NCBI GenBank assembly: GCA_051313645.2
Contig: JBNRSN020000005.1
Span: 325,314,001 to 325,378,000, forward strand
Direction of reading: 5' to 3'
From: Centroscyllium fabricii
Lineage: Eukaryota
DNA length: 64,000 bases
The notes beneath the pieces are model-generated. The model was not told where the DNA came from, did not search any database, and worked only from the letters and a program-made list of their open reading frames with translations. The position numbers and the translations under genes are program-made. Below, in pieces: positions 1 to 12,811 of the stretch (positions within the stretch are counted from its first letter, which is position 1; each line of letters begins with the position of its first letter).

Positions 1-490
1 CTACCGCTGCACAATAGAAAGCATACTGACAAGCTGCATCACAGTCTGGTATGGGAATTGCACTATCTCGGACCGGAAAACCCTGCAGTGGGTAGTCAAA
101 ACTGCCCAACGAATCACCGGTACACAGCTACCGTCAATGGAAAGCATCTACCTCAAACGCTGCTTACGGAGGTCTCTGAACATTATTAAAGACCCCACAC
201 ACCCCAGCCACAGTCTGTTCGCCCCCCTGCCCTCCGGGAGACGCTACAGAGCAATTCGCACCCGCACGACTAGATTTAAGGACAGCTTCTTCCCCAGGGT
301 TGTCAGCCTCCTGAACTCTAAAAATAAACTCCGGTACCTGCACGCCTGATAATGTACTTTACTGTATGCAATTTGCATGTAATTTATTTGCACTACTCTC
401 GGGAGAGTCGAGTCTTCGTCTCGTTGTATTGTACTAGTACTCTGCAATGACAATAAAACTTGAATTGAATTGAATTGAATTGAATTGAAT
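1..490 (+). mobile_element. Rex1/Babar-type LINE 3' end
   Basis: Reading frame ...ESILTSCITVWYG...IIKDPTHPSHSLFAPLPSGRRYRAIRTRTTRFKDSFFP... is typical of the Rex1/Babar C-terminus. It is followed by AATAAA and a (TGAAT)n tail. Confidence 0.85.
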
Positions 491-559
491 TCTCTGGCCT
501 TAAGCAGAACCAGTAAACCTGGCAACAGTTCACACGACCTAGGAAAGGGTGGGTCTCAC

Positions 560-1480
560 TTTTTTTATTCGTTCATGGGACGTGGGTGTCGCTGGCAAGG
601 CCAGCATTTATTGCCCATCCCTAGTTGTCCTTGAGAGGGTGGTGGTGAGCCGCCTTCTTGAACTGCTGCAGTCCGTGTGGTGAAGGTACTCCCACAATGT
701 TGTTAGGGAGGGAGTTCCAGGATTTTGACCCAGCGACGATGAAGGAACGGCCGATATACTTCAAAATCAGGGTGGTGTGTGACTTGGAGGGGGACTTGGA
801 GGTGGTGGTGTTCCCACACACCTGCTGCCCTTGTCCTTCTAGGTGGAAGAGGTTGTGGGTTTGGGTGGTGCTGTCGAAGAAGCCTTGGCGAGTTGCTGCA
901 GTGCATCTTGTAGATGGTACACACTGCAGCCACCGTATGCCGGTGGTGGAAGGACTGAATGTTTAAAGTAGTGGATGGGGCGCCAATCAAGCGGGCTACT
1001 TTGTCCTGGATGGTGTCGAGCTTCTTGAGTGTTGTTGGAGCTGCACTCGTCCAGGCATGTGGAGAGTATTTCATCACACTCCTGACTTGTGCCTTGTAAA
1101 TGGTGGAAAGGCTTTGGGGAGTCAGGAGGTGAGACACTCACCGGAGAATTCCCAGCCTCTGGCCTGCTCTTACAGCCACAGTATATAATGGCTGGTCCAG
1201 TTAAGTTTCTGCTCAATGGTGACCCCACAGGATGTTGATGGTGGGGGATTCGGTGATGGTAATCCCGTTGAATGTCAAGGGGCAGTGGTTAGACTGTCTC
1301 TTGTTGGAGACAGTCATTGCCTGGCACTTGCGTGGCACAAATGTTACTTGCCTCCCATCAGCCCAAACCTAAATGCAGGTCTTACTGCATGTGGGCACAG
1401 ACTGTTTCATTATCTGAGGAGTTAGGAATGGAATGGAATACTGTGCAATCATCAGCGAACATCCCCATTTCTGACCTTAT
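560..1480 (-). mobile_element. CR1/L2-group LINE 3' fragment (family B)
   Basis: Degenerate RT C-terminus (TIYKAQVRSVMKYS...LDTIQDK) and a 3' UTR ending in poly-A. Same family as 42905-44480. Confidence 0.8.
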
Positions 1481-2364
1481 GCTGCCAAAACAAGGTAAGC
1501 TAGGCAATTTATTTTCCTCGTACAGCTGTATAATTGCCATGAATGCACTCCAATGAAGTAAAGGTACCTTTTATTTCAATGATCACAAGATGAAGAAGGA
1601 TGCGAATACCATTCAAACCATCTTAGCTCACCATCCAGTAACAAAAAAATCCTCCGACAAACCATTGATGTTCATGGCATCAAATTTTTTCTTTGATGGT
1701 TCCAGAGTTTTTGGGCTGGATTTTCCAAGTCCCGAGGAGGCGGGCATGGAGGCAGGACAGCTGGGGAACTCGGAGAAATTCTGGGCGGATGGCAAACCCA
1801 CCCCCATTCCACCTCCGTGCCCGTTTGCCAGGAGGCGGGAAGATGTGCAGCTTCGGTTCCCGTCTCCTGGAGGCGGGAAAGGCATTTAAAGGCAGTTGAA
1901 GGCTTCCCGACCTCGGAGAACCCCGCCAGGTTGGAGGAGACATGGAGAAGGTCTGCAGCGGTCGGAGGCACCTGGAAGTAAGGTGTACAGGTGAGTGATG
2001 GTTGCAAGTGTGGAGTGGTAAGTATGTAAGGTGTGTGGTGGTACGCCGGCTGGCGAATCCGCCTCGGGAGTACTGCGGGGCATAGCCCCGCCCACCGGGT
2101 GACGCGATGACGTCACCACGTCTCTCGGCGTGATGAGGTCACGAGCGGCGGGTAGTTTAAATAAGCCTGCTCCTCGTGGTTCAGTCTCTTTCTTGCTTAT
2201 GTAGTTGTTAATTAAACAAGTGTTATCTGTCTCTCCGGCTCCTGTGTGGTTCTTGGGTCCTGCAAGCGCTACAGTGGTGACCCCGACTTGGAACGTCTTC
2301 CAAGGAGAAAACAGCAGCTACAGGACTGAAAACCAAGCAGCCTCAGAACACTTTCAAAAACAAC

Positions 2365-3100
2365 ATGACTTCCAGAAACCAAGCTTCTCGTTTACAAGGA
2401 CTTGGCCAGAACCCCGAGCACAGACTAACTCTACCGGAGTTCTGGGAGCAACGCCCGGCAGCGTGGTTTATGTGTATAGAGACCAGCTGCCACACACATG
2501 GCATCCAGGGGGACGACCGCTATGACCTGGTCTTTTCGGCCCTACCGCAATCGAAGATCGATCGGATGTGGTCGAAGCTACAGCGCGTGCCCACAGCAGG
2601 CAGGTATGAATTTATCAAGGCCGCGCTACTTAAAAAATTCACTCCCTCCCAGTTCGAGCACGACTGCCAACTCCTTAACCTCCCCGAACTCGGGGACGCA
2701 GACCCATCGGACCTTTGGGGCCAAATGCAAGCGCTCACCGCCGATCCCGCCTCCCTGTTCCGCACCATATTCCTCCTTAAACTGCCCCCCTCCATCAGAC
2801 CGGCCCTGGCGGCCTTCTGCCACCAGAGCAGGGACGAGCTAGCCGAGGAAGCCGACAGGGTCATGGCGGCCGAGCGCACCCGCTCCGCCACGTGCGACCT
2901 CACTGCCGCGGCAGTCGAGCCCACCCACTCGCCCCCCAGGTCCAACCCAACGCCTGAACCCAGGCCCCCGCGCCCTCCCAAGCAACCGTGTGCATCAAGC
3001 ACCGGTCACTGCTACTACCACGCGCGGTTCGACACCAAAGCGCACCGCTGCGTCCAGCCCTGCACGTTCAAGCCACGGCCCAGCCCCCACCACTATGTCT
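2365..3100 (+). CDS. Gypsy gag
   Basis: LPEFW...PAAWF at the N-terminus and the C-terminal CYYHARF...AHRCVQPC motif typical of CsRn1-type Gag. The true end is uncertain because the frame overlaps pol. Confidence 0.8.
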
Positions 3101-6100
3101 GTAGGACACACCGGAGCTCTGCTCTACGTCACAGACAGCGGCACAGGCCTCCGGTTCCTCTGCGACACAGGCGCACAGCACAGCATCGTGCCAACCTCCC
3201 CCGCAGAAGCCAAAAAAGGCACCCGGGGCCCGCCACTCGCGGCTGCCAACGGCTCGGACATCAAAACGTACGGCACCCGCAAGCTAACAATCCAGCTTGC
3301 CGGCCACACATACCAATGGGAGTTTGTCACGGCCCAGGTCACTTCACCCCTCCTCGGGGCAGATTTCCTCTGCGCCCACGGCCTCCTGGTCGACATGTCC
3401 CGGCGCCGCCTGGTCGACATTCAAAATATGTCAACCATCCCATGCTCCACAGGGCCTGCACTCCTGGCCCACGCGGCGGCACAATGCCGCGCCCGGAACT
3501 CTGACGCGTACGGCTCGCTCCTCGCTGAGTTCCCAGCCCTTACCAATCTCACCTTCACCGCCCGCACGGCCAAACACGGGGTGGAACACTTTATCACCAC
3601 CACCGGCCCTCCCTTGCATGCCCACGCCTGCAGGCTGGTCCCGGCCAAGCTGGAGATTGCGCGCACCGAGTTCCGCACTATGGAGCAACTCGGCATAATC
3701 CGCCGCTCCAGCAGCCCCTGGGCCTCTCCCCTCCACATCGCCCCCAAGCCGGGCGGGGGTTGGCGCCCCTGCGGCGACTACCGCCGCCTCAACAACGCCA
3801 CCACCCCGGATAGGTACCCCGTACCCCACATCCAGGATTTCTCCGCCAGGCTAGCGGGCTGCACGAACTTCTCCAAGATCGACCTGGTGCGTGGCTACCA
3901 CCAGGTCCCGGTGCACCCGGCGGATGTCCCTAAGACAGCCGTAATTACCCCCTTCGGCCTGTTCGAGTTCCTCAGGATGCCCTTTGGACTCAAAAACGCG
4001 GCCCAGGCCTTTCAGCGCCTAATGGACTCAGTCCTACGGGACTTGCAGTTCATTTTCGTCTATTTAGACGACATCCTCGTGGCCAGCACCTCCCCCCAGG
4101 AGCACCTCCTGCATCTCAGGACCCTGTTTCAGCGCCTGACCGAACACGGCCTCATATTAAGCCCTTCTAAATGCAAATTTGGCCTAGATATTATAGACTT
4201 CCTGGGCCACCGCATTTCCAAAACCGGGGCCATACCCCTGCCCTCCAAAGTGCAGGCAGTTCAGGAATTCCCCCGCCCGCACTCCATTAAGGGCCTGCAG
4301 GAGTTCTTCGGGATGGTTAACTTCTATAACCGCTTCATCCCAGGTGCAGCCGCTCTCATGGCTCCCCTATACCAGGCCACACGCGGGCAGTCCGGCAAAA
4401 CTGCGGTCGAGTGGACGGCCGACGCCGCCACCGCGTTTACCGCAACCAAGACCGCCCTGGCCAACGCCACCCTCCTAGCCCACCCTAGGCCCAATGCCAG
4501 AGTGGCCCTCACCACTGACGCCTCCGACCACGCTGTCGGGGCCGTTTTCGAACAGTGGGCGGGCAACTCCTGGCAGCCCCTGGCCTTTTTCAGCCGGCAA
4601 CTACGGCCCCCGGAGGTCAAGTACAGCGCCTTCGACAGGGCGCTCCTCACTCTCTACCTCGCTGTGCGCCATTTTCGCTTCCTCCTGGAGGGCCGTCCCT
4701 TCACAGCTTTCGTGGATCATAAGCCGCTCATATTTGCAATGGCTAAGATCGCCGAACCCTGGTCGGCCAGGCAGCAGCGCCAACTCGCAGCCGTGTCGGA
4801 GTTCACTACCGACATCCAGCACATCTCCGGCCGCGACAACGTGGTTGCTGACTGCCTGTCACGTCCCACCATTAACGCCGCCCAAATGGCGGTCGATTAA
4901 GCCAAGCTGGCAGCAGACCAGCGGGCAGACCCAGACCTGCTCGACCCAGCAGAAAACCTCCCTGGCCTACGCTTGGCCAACATCGCACATGGCCCCGCAG
5001 CCACCGTAGTCTGCTGCGACGTATCGTTACCGCAGCCCAGACCCGTCGTCCCCCACGCATGGAGGCGGCGCATTTTCGAGACCCTCCATGGCCTGTCCCA
5101 CCCAGGCACCCGCGCCTCCATTAAACTTATTTCGGCCCGTTTTGTGTGGCGCGGCCTACGCAAAGACGTCCGCGCCTGGACCAACGCCTGCATCGCCTGC
5201 CAGTGGGCCAAAGTGCACAAGCACATCAAAGCCCCGCTGGAAACGTTCACCGTGCCGGCCAGGCGCTTCGACCACGTCCATGTCGATCTCGTCGGACCAC
5301 TGCCGCCATCCCGGGGCCACACACACGTCATGACCATGGTCGACCGCAACACTCGCTGGCCAGAAGCAGTCCCCCTGGTTGCTACCAACACCACGGACTT
5401 GGCCAGGGCGTTCATCGCGACTTGGGCCGCCCGTTTCGGCGTGCCCACCGACATCACGTCAGACAGAGGTCCCCAATTTACGTCGGCACTATGGGCGGCC
5501 ATCGCCCGCGACCTCGGGGTGACCCTACATAGAACCACCGCGTACCACCCACAAGCTAACGGGCTCTGCGAAAGGTTCCACCGCTCCATGAAAGCCTCCC
5601 TGCGGGCCAGCCTCAAAGACGCATCATGGACAGACCGTCTCCCTTGGGTACTGCTCGGACTACGCTCGGCGGCCAAGGAAGATTTGCACGCCTGAGCAGC
5701 GGAACTCATCTACGGCCAGACATTAAGAGTGCCGGGCGAGTTTCTCGCCGAATCAAACGCTCCCTGGTCGGCCGACCAGTTCCTCAAGGACTTTGCAAAC
5801 CCGGCACGAGCGTTCACCCCCTTACCGGTGGCCCGGCACGGAGAGCCGGCGGCACGTGTACCGGACAACATCAAGCACGCAAAGTACGTGTTCGTCCGTC
5901 ACGACGCCCATCGTTCACCTCTACGGCCACCTTACGACGGCCCTTACAGAGTGCTTCGGGCAGGATCCAAAGCTTTTCAGCTACAGCTGGGCAACCGGAC
6001 AGAAATTGTCTCCATCGACCGGCTGAAACCGCCACACGTAATAGCGGGCGACGTGACAGTCCCCGCCCAGCCACCTCAACGCGGACGCACTCCCACACCA

Positions 6101-6187
6101 ACACCCGCCCACACTCCACCGCAGAACCAGGAGCAACGCACGACACATGCCGGCCGCATCTTACGGCCACCACGACGCCTCACATAG
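3095..6187 (+). pseudogene. Gypsy pol (PR-RT-RNaseH-IN) with two in-frame stops
   Basis: Protease FLCDTGA, RT MPFGLKNA and YLDD, RNase H TDAS, integrase H-H-C-C/DDE and GPY/F (PYDGPY). All in one frame, with TAA at 4898-4900 and TGA at 5693-5695. Confidence 0.92.
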
Positions 6188-7058
6188 ACTCTTTTCCTCT
6201 CGGATGGATTCTGGGGGGAGCTGTGTGGCGGTACGCCAGCTGGCGAATCTGCCTCGGGAGTACTGCGGGGCAGAGCCCCGCCCACCGGGTGACGCGATGA
6301 CGTCACCACGTCTCTTGGCGTGATGAGGTCACGAGCGGCAGGTAGTTTAAATAAGCCTGTTCCTCGTGGTTCAGTCTCTTTCTTGCTATGTAGTGCTAAT
6401 TAAACAAGTGTTATCTGTCTCTCCGGCTCCTGTGTGGTTCTTGGGTCCTGCAAGCGCTACAGGTGAGTGATTAGTTTAAAAAAAATGTTCACTTACCTTG
6501 TTCTCCTTCCATAGCCTGTAGCCGCGGAGCATCGGGAGAGCCGACATCCTGCTTGTCAATTTCAGGTAATGGCTGATGGACCCTTTGATCCATCAGACAT
6601 CTGAAATTTACAAATTTGCAATGTTTCATGAGTCCTCCCCTCAAAGACTCATCAAACTAAAGAGAATGTCAGTGTTTGACAGCTTCACAGAGCTGTCAAA
6701 TGCTGTCATTTCTTCTTTCAAGAAGTCTTGACAGATAGCCCGTCTGACGTTGATGTGCTCTGTCAGTGACTTCTTCCCTAATTGGCCTGCTGAGCCCGCA
6801 GGGTGGGCTTAACGAGCTCAATCAGGGGAAAATCTCTCTGAATGGTCAGGCGAGGATGGAGGCGGGACAGTGGCACGACAAGCAGCATTCCCGCTTCCAA
6901 CTCGCCTCCACTGACAAAATCCAACCCTTTGTCTCGAAAATTCTACCCAATATCCATTCTCTCTGTTGGCCACTCTTTGTGTAGGAATAGAAGAATAGAG
7001 GGGCAGGATGGTAAGAGGTAATTAGACTGGCTTTCATAGCTCTCAGGTAGGCCTCGAA

Positions 7059-8346
7059 TTAATCAGAAGCAGTCAGCACGGATTCGTTAAGGGAAAATCG
7101 TGCCTGACCAACCTGATAGAATTCTTTGAAGAGGTGACCAGGAGTGTGGACGAGGGAAAGGCGGTTGATGTCATATATATGGACTTCAGCAAGGCGTTCG
7201 ACAAGGTCCCGCACGGTCGACTTATGAGGAAAGTAAGGAGATGCGGGGTAAGCAACAAAGTGGTGGGATGGATTGAGAACTGGCTGGCTCAAAGGAAGCA
7301 GAGGGTAGTGGTAGAAGGCCAATACTCGGGCTGGAGACTGGTCACCAGTGGGGTACCACAGGGGTCGGTGTTGGGGCCACTACTGTTTGTAATCTTCATC
7401 AATGACTTGGAGGAGGGGACTGAGGGGTGGGTCAGCAAGTTTGCGGACGACACAAAGATAGGGGGAGAAGTGGATGAGGAGGAAGGAGGTAGAAAGATTC
7501 AGAGGGATATAGACAGGATGCAGAGCTGGGCTGAAGAATGGCAGATGGAGTTCAACACGGGGAAATGCGAGGTGATGCACTTCGGCAGGGCAAATAGGAA
7601 GAGGGAATATAGGGTCAATGGCAGAATCCTGAGTGAAGCAGAGGAGCAAAGGGATCTGGGAGTATATGTACACAGATCACTGAAGGCTGCCACCCAGGTG
7701 GACAAAGCAGTGAAAAAGGCCTATGGGGTATTGGCCTTCATCAACAGGGGAATAGAGTTTAGGAACCGGGAGGTCATGCTGCAGCTGTACAGGTCACTGG
7801 TGAGGCCACACGTGGAGTACTGTGTGCAGTTCTGGGCACCGTACTACAGGAGAGATGTGGAGGCGCTGGAGAGGGTGCAGAGGAGATTCACCAGGATGCT
7901 GCCGGGAATGGGAGGAAGGTCATACGAGGAGAGGTTGAGGGAGCTGGGACTCTTCTCCCTGGAACGGAGAAGGAAGAGGGGGGACTTGATAGAGATGTTT
8001 AAAATGATGAAGGGGATCGATAGAGTAAACGTGCAAAGACTGTTTCCCCGGGCGGGAAGAACGTCAACAAGAGGACACGAGCACAAGATTCAAGGAGGAA
8101 GATTCAGAAGGGATGGCAGGGGCAGGTTCTTTACACAGAGAGTGGTCGGGGAATGGAATAGGCTACCATCTGAAATAGTGGATGTGGACAGTCTGGGTGC
8201 TTTTAAAAGGATGATAGACAGGTACATGGAGGGGAAGGAACAGTAGGGGGGGAAGGAAAAATCAGAGATGGACTAAGGGCGGCACTACATTGAGGGCCCA
8301 AGGGCCTGTACAGTGCTGTATGTTCTATGTTCTATGTTCTATGTTC
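7059..8346 (+). mobile_element. 5'-truncated CR1 LINE with uninterrupted RT C-terminal ORF
   Basis: 370-aa open frame containing DFSKAFDKV, SGVPQGSVLGP and FADD, ending in a (TATGTTC)n tail. Confidence 0.93.
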
Positions 8347-8464
8347 TTGTATACATTTTGTGCTCCCTCATGTTCCTTCCGACAGACGTGTCTCTCCCTC
8401 CCAAACACCATCCTTCTTTTCTTTTCTTTCGTATGGTGGTGGCAAAGCAAATCAAATGTCAATA

Positions 8465-8946
8465 CAGGTCCAACACCATTAATCCGGCATGGTCGGGACC
8501 AGGACGGTGCCGGATCTTTGAAAATTCCGAACGATTGAAGCTTCGGCGAGCGCATGTGCAGACCATTCAAAATGGTCGCCGCCAAGGCCGGTGGCCATTT
8601 TGAATGGTCTGCGCACGCGCTCGCCGAAGCATCAATCGTTCGGGGAGAGGCCCGGGCATGCGCAGCCAAGCGCGGCGGCCATTTTGCGCATGCGCAGCCA
8701 AGCGCGGCGGCCATTTTGCGCACGTGCAGACCAGCCGGGCAGTCGGGGAGTGGCCCGGGCATGCGCAGCCAAACGCGGCGGCCATTTTGTGCATGCGCAG
8801 ACCAGTCAGGTAGTCAGGGAGAGGCCTGGGCATGCGCACCCTAGCGCGGTGGCCATTTTGCGCATGCGCAGACCAGTCGGCCGGATTCATTCCGGACGAC
8901 TGAAGTTGCCGGATTAACGGTGGCCGGATTAACGGTGCTCAACCTG
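8465..8946. mobile_element. pogo/Tigger-like MITE with internal GC-rich repeats
   Basis: TA-flanked TIRs CAGGT...CACC(A/G)TTAATCCGG. Repeated TGCGCATGCGCA and GGCCATTTT motifs inside. Confidence 0.8.
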
Positions 8947-8954
8947 TATCTGAG

Positions 8955-9241
8955 CTGGATATCCAGGCTAAAGCTTCCGGTGTAGCTGCGTGGATATTTT
9001 GTAGGCTGCCTGTGAATTTCCTCTAAGGGCAGTGCTCAATGATGTGCTCCAGGGTCTGATCAGGATCTCCACAGTCACATGATGGGGATGCTTTAATCTT
9101 CAATCTATGAAGAAGATGGCAGCATCTACCATGACCGGTTCTGAGGTGGTTGGTGGTTGTCCACTGTTTGCGAGGAAGGTTTGATCCTTCGGGTTGTACT
9201 GTGGGCTCCTCTATAAGGAATCCATTCCCTGTGACCCTCAC
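8955..9241 (-). mobile_element. Vingi/Ingi-like LINE C-terminal fragment
   Basis: WTTTNHLRTGHGRC...SPSCDCGDPDQTLEHIIEHCP, a CCHC-type C-terminal motif of non-LTR retrotransposons. Clade assignment is from recall. Confidence 0.6.
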
Positions 9242-9756
9242 ACCATCGTTGCCTGGATCGAAGTTATACTGTTCTTCTAACTTGGTGCATTATTTGCAGT
9301 CTGAAAGCACTAACTGGTTTCCTGGATAGATCAATGACCATCAGCATAATGCGGGCCTGCACAGATGTTCACGTGAGCAGCTTAACTGAAGAACAATGAA
9401 AAAATATCGACATTCTGATTCTAAAATGCAAAGTAGGAACTACCTCGCACTGGTGCAGCGCCTGCTGCAATAACTGCCTTGGAACATACAAAAATGATCA
9501 CATGCTTGAGAAACAGTGAAAATCTACACCCTCCGTTGAGATCTGTGCCAGGATTTACAGCCTCCCGGTTTTACTGCAAGTCAGCATTTGGTCAACCTCT
9601 TCCATTCTGTATTGAATTTTACTTAACTTTCATGACAGAAAATACATTACATTGTATTTACGGCGCAGAAACAGGCCATTTGGCCCAATAGGTCTATGCC
9701 AGTGTTTATGCCCCACACAAGCCTCCTCCCACCCTCCTTCATCTAACCACATTTAA

Positions 9757-10240
9757 GGTGGTGTAGTGGTCATGTCACTAGACTAGTAAGACAGAGGCTC
9801 AGTCAAATGCTCTGAGGATATGGGTACAAATCCCAACAAGGCAGCTGGTGGAATTTAAATTCAATTCAATTTAATTCTGGAATTAAATGTTAGTCTTAGT
9901 AATGGCGACCATGATACCCATTGTCGATTGTTGCAAAAACCCATCTGGTTCACTAATGTCCTTTAGGGAAGGAAATCTGCCGTCCTTACCTGGTCTGGCC
10001 TACATGTGACTCCAGGCCCACAGCAATGTGGTTGACTCTTAATGCCCTCTGAAATGGCCGAGCAAGCCACTCAGTTGTAAACAACCGCTACGCAACATTG
10101 TGGGTGTACCTGCGCCATATGGACTGCAGTGGTTCAAGAAGGTGGCTCACCACCATCTTCTCAAGGGCAATTAGGGATGGGCACTAAATGCAGGCCTAGC
10201 CAGCCAGCGACGCCCACATTACATCAACAAATTTAAAAAA
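9757..10240 (+). mobile_element. tRNA-derived SINE (family B) with LINE-B 3' tail
   Basis: Box A/B-like head. Near-identical to 36165-36650(-) and 52195-52682(+). Tail shared with LINE family B. Confidence 0.8.
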
Positions 10241-10567
10241 AAGTAACATATCCTTCTGTTTCTTTCCCTCTCATGTGTTTATCGAGCTTCCCCTCGACTG
10301 CATCGATGCTATTCACCTCATCTACTCCGTGTGGTCGCGAGTTCCACATCCTAACCACTCTCTGGGTATAGACGTTTCTCCTGAACTCCCTGTTGCATTT
10401 ACGAGTGACTATCTTACATTTTTGGCCCCTGGTTCTGGACTCCCCATTGAGCAAACAAAAATATTTGATTTAACAAACTACTTTGGAGCTGCAATTAAAA
10501 CAGAAAATGCTGGAACTGCTCAGGGGGTCAGGCAGCATCTCTGGAGAGAGAGAGAAACAAAGTCATC

Positions 10568-11717
10568 GGGGGGGGATTTTCGCAAAGGTGTGGGAACCTG
10601 GCGGGTTTTGGGCGGATCAGGTTTCTGACACAAATGTTCAAGGTCCTGGAAGCCCCACGCAATTTTGGCTTAATTGGCCAATTAATTGCCCGCGTGTCAG
10701 AGCCCCTGCCTGTTGTGTATGTGCCTTTAAGTAATTATGCTGGGCACTACTTTGTGTAGTGTCGTAATACTGTTATACCCCTCGTGTTCAGAAGCATTGT
10801 AACTGTAAGAGTAAATTAAGAGGGGAGGAATGTTGTGTATGTGCCTTTAAGTAATTATACTGGGCACTACTTTGTGTAGTGCCGTAAAACTGTAGTACCG
10901 CAGTCAACCACTAGTGTATATAAGTTTGTGCGCGGTACGATATGTTCAGTTCCATTCTCTGTAATTGATGAATAAACACCTATTTGTTTTACACCCTGGA
11001 GTCGGGTCCGTTGTTCTATGAGACACATAGCACGGACTTAACACTGCCAATTGACTGATTACAGTCAGAAAACAGCAGAGCTGCAGTTGACAGCCGGAGG
11101 TTTGATTGATAGGGGTAAGGACTGTGTGTTGTTAGTTTCTCTGGAAACAGTGCATTATGACATCACAATGGAGTGCAACCAATCTCAAAGCCCAAGTGGG
11201 TTGAGTGACAGGTCTATAGACTCGCTGGGAAGCTCACAGTTAGGGGCCGTCTCTCTGTGAAGCATTTCCATTCATCTGTCAGATACATTTCTAGAAGGTT
11301 TTCTCCACAGCTGCTCCTCAGACAAGGGAGTCACTTACACCTCCAGGGTGTTGAAGGCCTGGAAGGCATTCTGCTACAAGTCGCTCAATGCCTTGAAGGT
11401 GAAAGTGACCAAGCCAACCGTGATCCCGCTAGGTTTCACCGGCAGGGTTTCAGGATGGCGGGGTATGGGTGGGAAGGGCTCAAAAATCGCGAGGGGCCCT
11501 TAAAATGGGATTACCCATGGCAATTAAGGGCCCCTAACGAGCTCAATGATCAATCACGCCGATGGCGTGTGGGAAAGATTCAGGCCGGCTAGACACGTCG
11601 GCCGAAAACTGCAAAGCGGTGGGGATCCGGCGGGAGGAGTCGGGACCCCCCGGTTTTGGGATTTTAAGCCCCGCCCCGCCGGAAACCTGCCCTCACGGCC
11701 CTCCGAAAATCCCCCCC
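10568..11717. mobile_element. Harbinger-like non-autonomous element containing a solo LTR
   Basis: Ends GGGGGGATTTTCG...CGAAAATCCCCCC. Confidence 0.7.
10711..11043 (+). mobile_element. Solo LTR with internal tandem duplication
   Basis: TG...CA ends, 5-bp TSD CTGCC, TATA-like box near 10917 and AATAAA at 10971. The first ~65 bp are repeated at 10831. Confidence 0.85.
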
Positions 11718-11946
11718 AATGTTTCAGGTCTCTGACCCTTCATCAGAACTGGAAAAAGGTTTCATCTCTAACTTTTTCCAGTTCTGACGAAAGGTCATCG
11801 ACCTGAAACACTGACTCGGTTTCTCTCTCCACAGATGCTGCCTGACCCGCTGAGCACTTTCCAGCATTTTCTGTTTTTATTTCAGATTTCCAGCATCCAC
11901 AGTAATTTGGCTTTTGTATTTTTTTTACTTCAGTGCAGCTTTAGTT

Positions 11947-12350
11947 GGGCGGCACGGTGGCACAGTGGTTAGCACTGTTGCCTCACAGCACTGGAGACCC
12001 GGGTTCAAATCCAGCCTCGGGTGACTATCTGTGTGGAGTTTGCACATTCTCCCCGTGTCTGCGTGGGTTTTCTCCGGGTGCTCCGGTTTCCTCCCACAGT
12101 CCAAAGATGTGCGGGTTAGGTTGATTGGCCATGATAAATTGACCCTTAGTGTTAGGGGGATTGAATTGGTGGGGTTACGGGGATAGGGTGGGATATGTGT
12201 CGGTGCAGGCTCGATGGGAATCGAGGGATATGGGGAGAGGGCAGGGGCGGGGTGCTGGGTTTGGATGATCAGCCATGATCTCATTGAATGGCGGAGCAGG
12301 CTCGAAGGGCCGAATGGCCTACTCCTGCTCCTAGTTTCTATGTTTCTATG
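11947..12350 (+). mobile_element. HE1-type V-SINE
   Basis: tRNA head GGTGGCACAGTGG...GGTTCAAATCC, V-domain TGTGTGGAGTTTGCACATTCTCCCCGTGTCTGCGTGGG, and a CR1-derived tail ending (TGTTTCTA)n. Confidence 0.9.
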
Positions 12351-12811
12351 AGGCGAGTGATATGTCGGCGTGATCGGATCGTCAGAAAGACAAATACTGT
12401 ATCGAGCTACGACTCCGCTAATGGCAACTGACAAATCCGGTGCTACATGAAACAAATTGAGAGCATTGTTGCCATGACTGATATCATTTAGCCACATATT
12501 TCAACTGGGAACAGTAACTGTTTGCCTGCTCTAATGGGGAGTGCAATCAAGGCTCTTCCTTTTTTTCAGCGTCCAATTAACTCGATTGTGTGAAATCATC
12601 AGACTAAATGATCGGCGTTAATTAGAATTATAACAGTCTTCATCACGTAGCTGCATTAATGGGATTCTTAATTGCGTGCATTTACATAATACTTTGATTA
12701 CAAAAAAAAAGTTTCCCTCTTTTTGTGTTCCAAATGGAAATGTTTATTTAAAGGTAGGAGTGAGCAGTGAAGGCGAATGCTGGACCTGAGTTAGCGCATT
12801 TCAGGTCTGAC

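Larger units (their letters stand above)
2034..6461 (+). mobile_element. Full-length Gypsy LTR retrotransposon, CsRn1/Kabuki-like
   Basis: LTRs 2034-2273 and 6224-6461 (TG...CA; about 8 substitutions and 2 indels by eye). 4-bp TSD GGTG, PBS TGGTGACCCCGAC (tRNA-Trp complement) at 2275-2287, and PPT GGGGGGAG before the 3' LTR. Confidence 0.95.
1713..6927. mobile_element. Non-autonomous PIF/Harbinger-like element split by a Gypsy insertion
   Basis: TIR-like ends GGGCTGGATTTT...AAAATCCAACCC with TTT on both sides (3-bp TSD). Confidence 0.7.
10490..11915. mobile_element. Fold-back Penelope pLTR-derived element with two opposed hammerhead motifs, split by a Harbinger-like MITE
   Basis: Left arm 10490-10567 resumes at 11718. 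Minus-strand CTGATGA...GAAA at 11718-11749 and plus-strand CTGACGA...GAAA at 11781-11815. The arms are inverted. Confidence 0.7.

Noticed and set aside
11947-12020. tRNA genes at SINE heads
   Set aside because: The A/B boxes continue into the V-domain and LINE tail, so these are SINEs, not tRNAs.
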